A DNA stretch of 64,000 nucleotides, taken from contig OZ176056.1 of NCBI GenBank assembly GCA_964247055.1, positions 9,300,001 through 9,364,000 of the forward strand. Direction: 5' to 3'. The notes under the pieces were generated by a model. The model saw only the letters and a program-made list of their open reading frames with translations, ran no database searches and was not told the DNA's origin. This DNA comes from Paragordius varius (Eukaryota > Animalia > Nematomorpha). This document shows, piece after piece, positions 52,001 through 64,000 of this stretch. The position numbers were made by a program, and so were the translations under genes. Numbering within the stretch: the first letter of the stretch is position 1; each line of letters starts with the position of its first letter.

Positions 52001-52546
52001 TTTTGATGAAAGACTGTTGCATCAATATCAAGTGAGCCAAGTCATATATTAAACCGCCTGGCGAAATGTGGTTCGAATCAAATCTCCCCCAAACTAACCC
52101 CCACACACTCCATCTAGCTTATTACTAAAAATTGGCGGTTTTGGCTATGAGTGGTGAAAAACAAAATAATAAGATAATCTAGTAAGACCGTGTTATGCAA
52201 ATCTGAAAGATATACTTTATTTTTATAATATTTTTATGTGTTATATGCAAATGTGAAATACATACCTTGGTTATATATCATAACTTTCACCGTTATTTGA
52301 ATTGTATTATTTTTTATATTTTTTGTGTTATATGTAAATATATAACCTCTGTTACTTGAAATTTTATTGATATAATGCAAATCATGGACAGTTAAAATTG
52401 CTATATATACACCTTAAAAAACCAAATAAATAATTCAGTTCATTTCACATTTTATTATCTCTTTATCTTAAAAGATAACATTGGTGGCAATTCGAGTACC
52501 GAACTAAGCTAGTGCTAGTGGAGGTCTTACTGATACCCAATCGAAC

Positions 52547-54082
52547 ATGACAACGCCAATCAATCTCGCTAACCTATGCATCGAAAAATATAATGATAAT
52601 ATTAAGTTTGAGGAATACGTTGAGTATATGACAAATGTTATGGAGGCAAAAGATATCCCTGTAACAGAACAAGCCCTCAAAACAACCTTGCTTGCGTATG
52701 GAGGTCTAATGGTGGTACGCAAAATCAACCAACGACTCTATCCGAAAAAGATAAAAGATGCAGAATGGACCGAGATAATGGCAACGGGTTTAAAGGTATT
52801 CAATCCCACAAAGTCAAAATTCCAAAGCAGATTTGAGTTTTTTCGACTTGTGCGGAACAACACCGAATCGTTTACCCAATTTCTAGAACGGGTAAAGATC
52901 GCAGCCGAAGTGGCAAAATTTAAGGATTCAATAGAGGAACGGATTCGGGATGCCTTCGTCATTGGGTTACGGCAACCACAATTGGAAATTGACATACATT
53001 CAAGGTATCCCGATGCCGAGATCAACGGACAACCCGTGCCTCTAGAAACGATAGTAGATCTCGCACTAGCACACGAGGCTGCCAGGGCTGGCCTTCATAA
53101 CAATAATGATAATACCAATTATAACAATGGTAATAATTTAATTCGATTACAACACACCAATAATAATAATAAGGCCATGCGTTCACGACAGCCAACAGCA
53201 AAACCCCTAACACATTCGTGCAATCGTTGTGGTAATAGCCATGGACCAAACAAATGTCCTGCCTGGAACCGCAATTGCAATAAATGCGGAAAACCTCATC
53301 ACTTCGCAAAAATGTGTAGATCAAAAAACACTGCCAAAAATTTGTTCAACCGCCAGATCCATAGAAAAGCAATGCCAACCTCACCATGGACCGTAAAAAT
53401 AATGATAAACAACACAGAACAAACGTTTACCTATGATACTGGAGCTGACATCAGTGTTATCAGCTTTGAAACCTGGAAACAAGTTGGCAAGCCAAATATT
53501 AGACCCATACCGCCAGTAAAAGCCTACAATAATAGCATAGTACCTCTACTGGGCGTAACAACAGTCACAGTGCAAATCAATGGGCAAAACTTGGGGAACG
53601 CAGAATGTTGTGTATTGAAAGAAAAAATGTCAAAGGCACCGCTTATTTGTGGCTTGGATTGGATCACGAGATTTAACATCGACATTCCTAAAGTACGAAT
53701 TAACTTTCTTAAACTTGATAAAATTATTGAAAATTTCCCTAATCTATTTAAAGAGGAATTAGGTTGTTACATAGAGCCAGTTACAATTCATATAGCACCC
53801 AATGCCTCCCCCAAAGTTTGGCCTTGCCGCCGAGTACCGTTTCCCCTAAGAGCAAAAGTTGAAAATGAATTACTAAGATTACAAAAGTTAGACATTCTGG
53901 AGCCTATAGATCCCAACCTTACACCTCTGACATGGGCCACGCCCACCGTTAATGTGCTCAAAGCGAATGGAGAGGTAAGAATTTGCAGCGATTTCAGAGT
54001 TACCATCAACAAGTGGCTCACTGAGGACTCTCATATCATTCCAACGTTTGATGATTTAGTAAGTAAGATTGGCGAAGGCTAA
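52547..54082 (+). CDS. Gag-protease-RT(N-terminal) ORF, 511 aa
   Basis: Twin zinc knuckles CNRCGNSHGPNKC / CNKCGKPHHFAKMC, aspartic protease YDTGADISV, RT start WATPTVNVLKANGEVRICSDF. Confidence 0.92.
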   Translation: MTTPINLANLCIEKYNDNIKFEEYVEYMTNVMEAKDIPVTEQALKTTLLAYGGLMVVRKINQRLYPKKIKDAEWTEIMATGLKVFNPTKSKFQSRFEFFRLVRNNTESFTQFLERVKIAAEVAKFKDSIEERIRDAFVIGLRQPQLEIDIHSRYPDAEINGQPVPLETIVDLALAHEAARAGLHNNNDNTNYNNGNNLIRLQHTNNNNKAMRSRQPTAKPLTHSCNRCGNSHGPNKCPAWNRNCNKCGKPHHFAKMCRSKNTAKNLFNRQIHRKAMPTSPWTVKIMINNTEQTFTYDTGADISVISFETWKQVGKPNIRPIPPVKAYNNSIVPLLGVTTVTVQINGQNLGNAECCVLKEKMSKAPLICGLDWITRFNIDIPKVRINFLKLDKIIENFPNLFKEELGCYIEPVTIHIAPNASPKVWPCRRVPFPLRAKVENELLRLQKLDILEPIDPNLTPLTWATPTVNVLKANGEVRICSDFRVTINKWLTEDSHIIPTFDDLVSKIGEG

Positions 54083-55950
54083 GTATTAAGATTGATCTGA
54101 AAGATGCATATCTACAAATGCCCATAACTAAAGAATCACAACACCTCCTAACAATTGCAACGCACAAGGGATTTTTCCGCTACAAAAAGATGCTTTTCGG
54201 ACTGTCAACAGCACCAATAATTTTTCAACCAGTCATGGACCAGGTTATAAAAGATTGTCCCGGCACTTGTGCCTATTTAAATGATGTTTTAGTAACTGGC
54301 AAATCTGAACAGGAAGATTTAATAAATCTTAATAATGTTTTAAATCGGTTAGAATTAGCAGGTTTTAAATTAAGAAAAGATAAAAGAAAAATTGGTGAAC
54401 CTTCAGTAATTTATCTGGGATTTAAAATAAATAATAAAGGTATAAGTCCTTGCAAGAATAAAGTAAAAGCAATCAATGATTTTAAAAAACCGGTGGATAA
54501 ACAATCTTTAAGAAGTTTTTTAGGATATTCAACGTTCCATCAAAGATTTATACCCAAGTTTCAATAGATTGTAAGTGATTTACATAGTTAACTAGTAAGA
54601 ATGGAACTGGTCGGAAAAACACAGGAAAAGTTGGAAAGCAGCCAATGAATTATTATAATACAAGTATTTTCACCATACAATCCGGATAGAAAGTTAGTAA
54701 TTGAAACCGATGCCTCAGATATAGGGTTTGGATGTATTTTAAGTCATGTACTAAATGATGAAAGAAAACCCATTGCCTATGGTTCAAGAAAATGTAGTAC
54801 CGCAGAATCGAACTACTCCACGATAGAAAGGGAATTGAAGGCTATTGTTTTTGCATTAGAAAAGTTTCATAACTTCGTTTATGGTAGAAAGTTTGAAATA
54901 TTGACAGACCACTTACCACTGGTTAGGTTGATAAATAGGGATAGAAATTTGATAGAAATCAGAATCGAAAGTTTTAAGATGGGTTAACCGACTGAATGAT
55001 TATGATTTTGAATTAAGTCAGGCGGGTCCGAAAAATAGAGCCAATTACTTGTTAAGATACCCCGGAGAAGACAATGTTGACACAATTGATAGGGATTACA
55101 TGGTGACTAGACATCTTAGGTTCCTAAATTGTCATAACGTTCATTTATGTCCAGATGAGATGCGGAGAAAGACAATTAAGGATAAAATTCTGCAGAAGGT
55201 AATCAAGGCTATCATAATCAAGATTAGAGTGTGTTGAGTTGGCTGGGTTTACAAACCGGAAAGGATAAATTTTGTACCAATACGGATTGTTAAGTTTGAA
55301 CGATCGAATCATTTTCCGGAAAGTTTACAGGCGAGAGTGGTTTATTATTTGCACAGCGGTCATAATAATGTAGAAACAATGAAAGCGATGGCAAGATTTA
55401 CTTTTGAGCCAAAATTAGAGAACGATTTAGTAAGAATGTACAGTCAATGTAGATCGTGTCAGGTAAACAAGCCAAAACCGAATGCTGCAATATGGGAGCG
55501 CTTACACATTGATATAAATAAACCAGTTAATGGGTATTTTTGGTTGTTGTTGATTGATAGCGCATCAATATGGTTCTGAAGGGTTTATGTTAAAAAGGGT
55601 TACTTCAGTAAATATATTGCACAAACTCGAGGAAACCTTTGCCATGTTTGGGTTTCCGAGGACGGTAATAAGTGATAACGCTTCTTACTTCAATAATTCT
55701 TATTTTACATCAACCTGACAAACTTGAGAATTAAGCACGTAAGGGTAACCCCCTATCATCGTAAAAGTAATGGGATGGTAGAAAGGTTAGTGGGTACCCT
55801 AAAGAGCAAGTATAAAAAAATCAAAAAAATATTACACCGCAGGAAGCTTTTAATACTACTTTATGGTCGCACCGTAACTCAATTCACGCTACCACAAAGG
55901 AAACCCCCTTCCAAATACTATTTAAACGAGTCTCGCAAACACCCCTGACC
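54083..55950 (+). pseudogene. Disrupted RT / RNase H / integrase
   Basis: RT LFGLSTAPIIFQ with YLND in place of YLDD, RNase H ETDASDIGFG, integrase LHSGH..CRSC, WERLHID and PYHRKSNGMVER. Multiple stops and frameshifts. Confidence 0.88.
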
Positions 55951-57339
55951 TGGATTAACACAAAAACAACAGTCTTAGATGCACCCCGTCCCCGTCATGA
56001 GTTCTCCATAGACCACCGCATAATGATGAACGAACAAAGTCCTGGATGGCGAGCCGGCGAGGTTGTTGATAGAACTGGTCTCCTTTTGTACAGTGTGTGG
56101 GATCAGGAAAACCAGAAGATGGTCAGAAAACAAGCGGACCAGCTGAAACACGTACCACCCGCCAACTCAACTACACCGGTCACTCAAAACAATAGTAATG
56201 ATAGTGGTAACGACAATAACAGTAATAATAATGGTAACAATATTGATAATAAAATAATAATAATGACAATAATAATGATAAAATAAATGATAATAATTAT
56301 GAAAGTAGTAATGATAATATTAATAGCAATAATGACAACATTAATGAATATCTGCACGAGCGTCATTACCCTGAAAGAATTTGGCGGAAGCCGATCCGGT
56401 TCTCCAAAGGGTAAAGTGATGTTACATATGCAAATTTTAAATATATATTTGTATGCTATAGTTTTTTGTGAGATTGTGTCTTATTTTTAAATTTTTGTAT
56501 GTAAATAACAAATCCATTAGTTACTCGAAATTTTATTTGTTACATGCAAATTATGTTCATTTAAAAATAGTATATATAGAGTTCAAAAACCGAATAAATA
56601 TCTTTCAAGTTTTACGACTTATACTTTTGTTACATTTTACAGAGGGTTAAATCGTGGAGCATTTTTAGAGAGATTTAGACAATTTTTACTACAAATATAT
56701 CTGTTTTACTGGAGGAATATTATTTATATCCACAATCATAAAATGTAAAATCGCTTCTTGATCTTGCCTTTCAAACATTTTTCTAATCGTAATCTAAATG
56801 TTTTTTTTAAAATGCCGATGATATTGCACTTTTAATTAATCATTTTGAGGAAAGGTTTTTGTCAATACATTTAATACATTTCCTGTTTTATCTCCGTTAA
56901 CTTTTATTTGCCAGATTTGGAAGTCTAATAGAAACTAATCAGAGATCGTTAAAATTTTAAATTTCGACTGAAAATTATCCTGATGTCATATGGATAATTT
57001 TGAAAACACTTTATGTTTCCTAAAAAAATATTCGAGAAGATGCCGTAATTCCGAATTTAAAATTTGGGTAGCAAGATTCCAAATGTTAATCAGTTAATCG
57101 TGTTATCTGTTTAGTTTTAATGACATTCATATAAAAAGGCCGTATAAATATATGGATCCAAAAAAAGAATAAAAAGTGCAGAAATTTTTAAAAATGTGGG
57201 TATTTATCCTTATTTAAAAATTTCCAATAACCCATGTAATTTACTTGGGGATAGGGATTTTGTTGTCATTCTTGTGTTTCGGCCTCTTGTTACCTGCTAA
57301 CAAATCTCATTTTATAATATCCTTTTGCTTTCTGACGCT

Positions 57340-58090
57340 AACCATCATCTAGGTAAACACATGTATCAAGTACATCCCCAAGAGTTTGCCCAAACATCTT
57401 TGTAATCAGGGCGGAGTTCAACAAGGAAAAAAGTCGCTGATACAAATAGAAAGCTTTGCAGGTATTACTTGTAAGAAGTCACTGAGATTTGTTTTAGGGT
57501 GCTGTCAATAGGCATCTTTTGATTTTCAAGTCCAAAATACTACCTATGCCTTGACAGCTAACTCATCAGATGTGGGTGATGGGAATTCTGTGATAAATAG
57601 GGATTTATACTTATTCGAAAAATATGTTTACTGTGGAGAAAACCGACATTTGAAATTGAGTTGGGTAAATTGGTCAAACTATTTATTAACCAGTTGGTGG
57701 ATTTTTTTCAGCTGTTGCAGAGTTATCGGCACTCGGCGAAATATGAAAATTGGGTCTTAGGCCTAAAATTAATAAAAATAATATAATCTATGGACCACTC
57801 AATGGTCCTAATTGGTCTTAAAATTTAAAAATATTCAAAAATCATTTTATTGCATGTTATTATACCTAAAAAATGTTTTTTGGAAATCAAACTGGAACAT
57901 CTATATTCGTTCCGAAAATGGCGGGGAATCGGATTTGGTGGCCACTTAGGGTTAGACCCTGCTTTATTGTTTCTGTGTCTTTGCAAACTGGATAGTTGTT
58001 GTAGATTTGGAGCTTGCATGGGAAAACCAATCGGGGTTTCCCTTCGCCTCCCGATAATTGATATCTCGGCCCCGGAATCGAATATAATCT
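57340..58090 (-). pseudogene. Highly decayed reverse transcriptase remnant (LTR/DIRS type)
   Basis: Minus-strand pieces fall in the expected order: KPRLVF..IYNNY, LDLK..KDAY, then LFSLLNSALITKMF...VYLDDG. Confidence 0.45.
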
Positions 58091-58884
58091 CATACGGTAT
58101 ATTATTTAATTACTTTTTTTTCGAAGGTGGCCCAAATATATCATAATAATCATTGTGCTTTTGGTTTTGAATTAATTTGAGGCTCTCGTACGATTCTATT
58201 GTTTTAGTCACCAAACGCAAATTGGCCAAAATTAAGAACAAATTATTAATTACCGTACATTAAATTCGCAATAAAGGCAATCAGGAAACGACATCAATGC
58301 ACACCATCATGTGATTTGTAAAGACTTAATGCTAATGTCAATAGCCAGAATATATACTAAAAATACATTTGTTAGTCCTTCATAACTCTTTCAATCTAGG
58401 GAACATCAGTAACCCCGACAACGTATTTTTAACCAAAAACATGACATAATTAAACGTAGGTGAGAATTTGGAGTTTCCTCGTTATTGTGTTGACAATGCT
58501 ACTCCCCATTAGTATGTATTCTTTAATCTGAAGCTTCTGAACTTAATTCCCCAATTTTAGTGGGCGAATTAAAATCTTTTTTTAATTCCCGATGTAATGA
58601 CCTCCCAATTTCGGTACTACTCAATCCCTATCACCTTAACAAATATTTTCCAAAATGTTTTTCATAATTGGCCTGACGATTGTGTCAAATCGTATTTCCA
58701 ACCGTTCTTCGAAAAAGGCAACGCCCATCTTCAGAACTAGTGAGTGATTGCGATTACCAACAAATCCAAACTACTCAAGATAATGATCAAAAGTTTTTCA
58801 TCCACACCTGATTGTTTAATTTTAATTTTACAAGTTGGCTTTAGATAAATGGGAAACACTACAAATCATATAGTTAATATTATT

Positions 58885-58890
<6 letters not shown>

Positions 58891-58921
<31 letters not shown>
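58891..58921. repeat. (AT)n microsatellite
   Basis: About 15 AT units. Confidence 0.95.
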
Positions 58922-58922
<1 letters not shown>

Positions 58923-58949
58923 CGAATTTGGTAAAAACTTGTACTGCTG

Positions 58950-59270
58950 TGCTTTGGACTTCAGCATGGCATTTGAATAAGTCAACCACGACTTGTAGAA
59001 GATTCACAATCTTCCAGAGTTTCTCACATAATACTTTTGTTGCAATCGTTGTATTCTAACCAAGCAGCTGCGATCAAAACACAACACGGTCCCACCGATT
59101 GGTTCCCTATCCACAGGCGTGAGACAAGTATGCGTCCTTTCACCCCTCCTGTTCAACTTACTCACAGAAACTTTAATGTGCATTTCAGAGTTTCTTCAAC
59201 ACATTGGAGCGCGCATCGGAGGTCTTACTGTTTGCAATCTCCGATACGCTGATGATACGGTTATCTTGAG
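58950..59270 (+). pseudogene. RTE-type LINE RT fragment
   Basis: LDFSMAF, LQSLYSNQAAAIKTQHGPTDWFPI, GVRQ..LSPLLFNL and RYADDT motifs with frameshifts. Confidence 0.8.
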
Positions 59271-61159
59271 ATAATCATATCCATGATTTATCTATAATAA
59301 AACTTACCGTTAAGCAAGTTTGATGGGTTTGAACTTATTTCAACTCCTCGGTCATAGGAGTTTTGACCAAATACACTATCCTAAAGGTTATGGTTTACTT
59401 CGCTATTTACGGGTCTGAATCAGGGGTATGTAAATCCACTAAAAGCCCGCATCTCATTTAAAATGTGGTGCTCTCAAGATATTGTGGTTTTTTCTGGAAA
59501 GCCCACTTCTCTTATTCATATATACTTAACTTCCTCACACCAGAATTTTCACTTTCCTATTTGTTTATCCGCAAGTATTTAAATCTAGGGCACATTCTAC
59601 GATGCGATTCCCTGAAAAAACATTCTCCTTGGGTTGGTCAATGAGACTTGCAAAAGAGGTGGCCCCAATAGCGGTTTCTCGATATCATTTAATCAATTAC
59701 AAACCTCAACCTCTTCCAATAGATTCGAAAAAGATAGTCTGGAATGGAAAATGCCTATTTAAGCTAACTGTCGCTACGCGACTAGCCGAAAACAAAAACG
59801 TGCATTTATAGCTAATTTTATTTTTTGATATCTCAAGGATATATTAAATGCTTTTACCTCAATCTCGGCATTTTTGGGTTTTTTTAAGAACGCTATCCAT
59901 TGGTAAGTCCAAAAATTTACGACTTTCGGAGCTTACTTCTGAAAGTTTATATTTATGATTAATATGATTTTGCTTTTTAAATAAAGATTGTGATATAATT
60001 TAATGAAGTCTTTTAAAAAATTTTGCTCGCTAATGATTTGATATAATCACTGACAAACGCGTAAGCTTAAAACCGAAAGAACTCTTGACATATTTTTCTA
60101 TCAGAATATTATTTTATTATAATATATTTTTGTATGCACTATGTTATACATGTATAAATGGTATCATTTAAAGTTATTTATTTAAATTTTTAAAGCCCCA
60201 ATCAACTGAAGTCATCCTTTAAGATTTTTCTTTTAATTTAAAAAATTTTGCTGTTAAAAATGTATATGATAGGGTTCTTTATGTAAAAAATTTTAAAGCA
60301 ATAGTTTTTCTAGTTTCACGTTGCAGAATTATTATATTTTTAACACGGAAATGGCATAAAAAATGTAAGTTTCTTAAAAAAATTTATCTGTAAAAAATTT
60401 ACATTATCACAAATATTAAAGCAATAGATCATTTTTGATTCACATATTGCAATTGCATATAACGCAAGGGAATTAAAATGTGCAAACTGCTCATTGGTGT
60501 TCTAACAAATTCTATTATTAGTGATCTTTATTTCTTCAAACGAATATACAATTATATGCCTTATATCGAAAGGCTGAATTGTAATAAAATACATTTTTTT
60601 TCTATAACATTTCAAATCTGTTATCATACATAACTTAACCTAAAAGAATATCTGAGAATCACCTGGCGCGCGGCGTTTCGTTAATCGTTGGCCTTTTGTT
60701 CGAAATGCAATTTTATATTTATTAAGGATTATCAATCAACAAACCCTAATAAATAAATATAAATATATTTGCTTGCAACATAAGCACCTCCCGTTTATTA
60801 TTAATTTAATTTTCATAATTAATGTATGGAGAGGACACATATCTGTTATAGTTATGAAAAAATTAAATAAAATTGAGGTTTGGTCACAAATTGAATTTAC
60901 TGCAAATTTCCACACTCCTCTAATTTTAGTTGAAACCGTGAACGATAACAGTTAAAAGAAATATTGATAATTGAAAATAGTCTAATATTTAAAAAAAGCC
61001 GTGTTAAGAAAAAAACAATCAAATACCGTCAGATAAAAAATACGGATTTTTAATGCTACTATTATGATTAAACATTATTTACAGTTTTTTATACTTCTCA
61101 TAATGTGGAATATCGATGCCACATAAGATTAAAACTTATTTTTAAATAAACGTTTGGTA

Positions 61160-63250
61160 ACTTCCTAAAACATCCAAACCCACAAGAACAAGATTAGATT
61201 ATGATACAATCGACGACAAGTTTAGCACCGCTTTATCAAATCGTTTCGATTGTCTTGATCATAATTCCGAAAACTATCAGGATATAAACTTCTTTTGGAA
61301 CGATATATATACAATCTGCCGAGACACAGCCGACGAATTCATTCGGCCTCTCAAACGCAATAAAAATAAAATAAAATTGTCAGCCAAAAGTCTCGAGATC
61401 GCAGAAAAGCGTAGAGACTCAAAAACTAAATGCAAATGGGATAAATACAAACAACTAAACAGTGAATTTCAGAAGAGTGCAAGAGAGGACACAAATAAGT
61501 ATTATGACCAACTATGTGAAAAATTAGAAACAGACGCCAAAAATAACCAAAACCTCTTTGCCCATGCAAACAATATTATTCCACACAAAAAAGTTTTTTA
61601 TAAGGGACCTATGAGAAACGACAACAACTCAATCGTCACTGAAAAAGACGAAATTCGCAAACTATGGCACAAACATATAAACAAACTATACAATGTAAAT
61701 AACCCCCCAACTATTAACGAACTTACTAAACAAAAAGAACCACCTATTATGAAAGAAGAAGTGGAACTCGCCATAAAACACTCTAGCACCGGTAAATCAG
61801 AGGGCCACAAAGACATCCCTACTGAAATAATAAAATACATTCCAATCGATATACTCACCAAACTTTTTCAAATCATATTTGAGATGGAAAAAATTCCTGA
61901 GGATTGGTGTACATCCATTATGATTCCGATTTTAAAAAAGGGTAACCCAGAATTGTGTGACAACTATCGCACCATAGCGCTCATAAACCAGGTGTCCAAA
62001 GTTTTTCTAAAAATAATACAATTTCGTCTAAATTCCATTCTTGACCCCGAAATATCCACGATTCAGGCTGGTTTCCGAAAAGGTAGAGGATGCCGAGATA
62101 TGATATGTAACATGAGGTGGATAATCGAGAAACACATCGAATTTAACAAAGAATTGCATATGTGCTTTGTCGATTTTTCCAAAGCATTTGATTCCATCCA
62201 GCACAATAAACCACGGAAAGCTCTAAAACAACTCGGAGTATCAACACATTTAATCAACATCATATTTTCAATTTATTCAAATTCCACGGCTATAGTATCC
62301 ACACCATACGGTATATCTGACCCATGTAGGGTACAAGTCGGCCTCCGTCAAGGATGCGTTTTATCACCAATTCTTTTTAACGCATACCTGGAGTGCATTA
62401 TAAGAAATATCCCACAAACTTACGGCATCAACGTAGGTGGGAACCTACTTACATCCGTTCACTACGCGGATGATACAGTCTTGATCGCAGACAGTGTAGA
62501 CACATTATCGCAAGCCTTGCAAGTGTTTACAACTGAATGCAATAAATTTGGATTAAATATCAATTTAAAAAAAACAAAAGTCATGCAAATAAATCCGGCT
62601 CAAACCAATCCAATAATCCTCAACGGCAACCAGATCGAAACAGTTAGCAACTACACGTACTTAGGTAGCATTATTTACAGTGAGAACAACTCTACGCCAG
62701 AAATAAAGCGAAGAATTGCTATCGCTAAAGCAGTAACTTTTAAATATAACAGGATTTGGATGTCACATGACATTAAACTACAAACCAAAATCAGATTAAT
62801 CAAAGCTACAGTTTTTCCCACATTCATGTATGGGGGGGAAAGCTGGACACTGAAAAAATATGATGAACGTCTAATAAATTCTTTCGAATTATGGGTTTGG
62901 AGAAAACTTCTTCAAACAAAATGGACAGACAAAGTTTCAAACACCACCATTCTAAATAAAATAAACCCAGAAATGTCACTCCTTGGCAGCTTAACACGGC
63001 AAAAACTCTCCTTCTTTGGGCACATCATGAGATCCAGCTCACTCGAAAAATCACTGATGCTGGGGAAAGTGAGTGGTGCCCGAAAAAGAGGGAGAAGACG
63101 AACTCGTTGGATGGATAACATCCTTAAAGAAACCAATCTATCCTTATCCGACCTAAACACCAAAACCGGAAATCGCAATGAATGGAGAAGCTATATTTTC
63201 AATGTTGCAATTAGTCGGAATCGACTTTAGCAAACAACAACAACAACAAC
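61160..63250 (+). mobile_element. RTE-clade LINE, 5'-truncated, with an intact RT and C-terminal ORF
   Basis: The frame is open from ~61163 to the stop at 63230: NYRTIAL, QAGFRKGR, FVDFSKAFD, QGCVLSP, HYADDT, KLSFFGHIMR, GARKRGRRRTRW. A (CAA)n tail occupies 63231-63250. No endonuclease domain. Confidence 0.95.
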
Positions 63251-63269
63251 GTTACATGTGGGTTTTTAA

Positions 63270-64000
63270 TTAAAATAAATATTTTTGTAGATTAAATTCC
63301 ATGACAGAGGGATATATCCATTGTTCGTAAGGGTTATGACTGATTTTAAATCTGTTATTTATATCGATTAATAGAAATCCCGGTAGCAGAGCCAATGTAC
63401 CCATAATATGCACGTCTTCCAAATGGGTATGCCTTGAGTAAAAAAAGCATGATACAATTTAAAAACTAAGGAAGGCTTCAAAGCATAAAACCATCCGTGA
63501 CAATAAGGTGGAAAATAAGGACTTGGGCATTCAGAGACATTTATGTAATATTTCATTTTTGGGTCTCGTACAGGCTGAGAATTAATGTACATTGGGCAAA
63601 ATATTATATCATAAGAGCTGCTATTATCATTAAATCTTTTTGAAAATTCCTTTTTAAATTTAGGATCAATATTTAACATGTCAAAGTTTTGAATGTTGCA
63701 TGTGTCATTTTTTGTTTGACTAACTGTTGTACGCTTCCGGTAGAGTTGCAATAAATCATCGCTTAGTTTTGAATCGTCCAGAACATAATCAAAGTATTCT
63801 CTTGGCTTAGGATCTATTTGATGATAGTGATGATCTGTAAAAAGTTTTGCTTTAGGCTTTAAAACATTCCAATTTTTTTGCATAAAATCTCCATGTTCTA
63901 CCTCAAATTTTTTAAGGTATAATATAACTTGAATAATATCTAAGTAAATATCATCCTCTGTTCTTATAATATATTTTGCATGAGCACAATAATCCAATAC
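63270..64000 (-). CDS. GT31 family beta-1,3-glycosyltransferase (galactosyltransferase-like), 3' part with an apparent 1-nt frameshift
   Basis: YCAHAKYIIRTEDDIY (DxD-type region), PVRDPKMKYY and YFPPYCHGWFY. The family EDV motif (EDVHIMGTLA) appears only after a frame change at ~63420 and ends at TAA 63272-63270. The ORF is open at the window edge. Confidence 0.85.

Larger units (their letters stand above)
52237..56634 (+). mobile_element. Ty3/gypsy LTR retrotransposon, decayed
   Basis: Domain order gag-PR-RT-RNaseH-IN. PBS-like TGGTGGCA at 52482 follows an LTR ending ...TAACA (52480). A PPT-like tract AAAGGGTAAAGTGA precedes TGTTA at 56420. The diverged LTRs are ~52237-52480 and ~56420-56634, and their outer ends are tentative. 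Confidence 0.9.

Noticed and set aside
57555-57580. A further CTGATGAG hammerhead start on the minus strand
   Set aside because: No stem II or GAAA follows it.
52738-63178. Antisense ORFs over the gypsy and LINE coding regions
   Set aside because: They are shadow frames of the retroelement ORFs.

Overview
A very AT-rich eukaryotic (invertebrate-type metazoan) window with GT-AG spliceosomal introns. Bases 1-18640 are an 82-bp satellite array. A five-exon, minus-strand trypsin-family (S1) serine protease gene (26116 down to 18641) runs straight into this array, and its catalytic-Ser exon is absent from the window. Its introns are packed with mobile DNA: seven copies of one TA/CAGT MITE family, a 2.25-kb near-perfect palindrome, and a small Penelope-like element carrying two inverted minimal hammerhead ribozymes. 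The rest of the window holds two hAT elements, two non-autonomous Helitrons, foldback elements with 21-bp subterminal repeats, a five-exon gene for a secreted two-FN3-domain protein, several RTE-clade LINEs, a decayed Ty3/gypsy element, an RT remnant, and the 3' part of a GT31 beta-1,3-glycosyltransferase gene. All calls were made by eye from the sequence. No database searches were run, and the coordinates of degenerate repeat ends are approximate.
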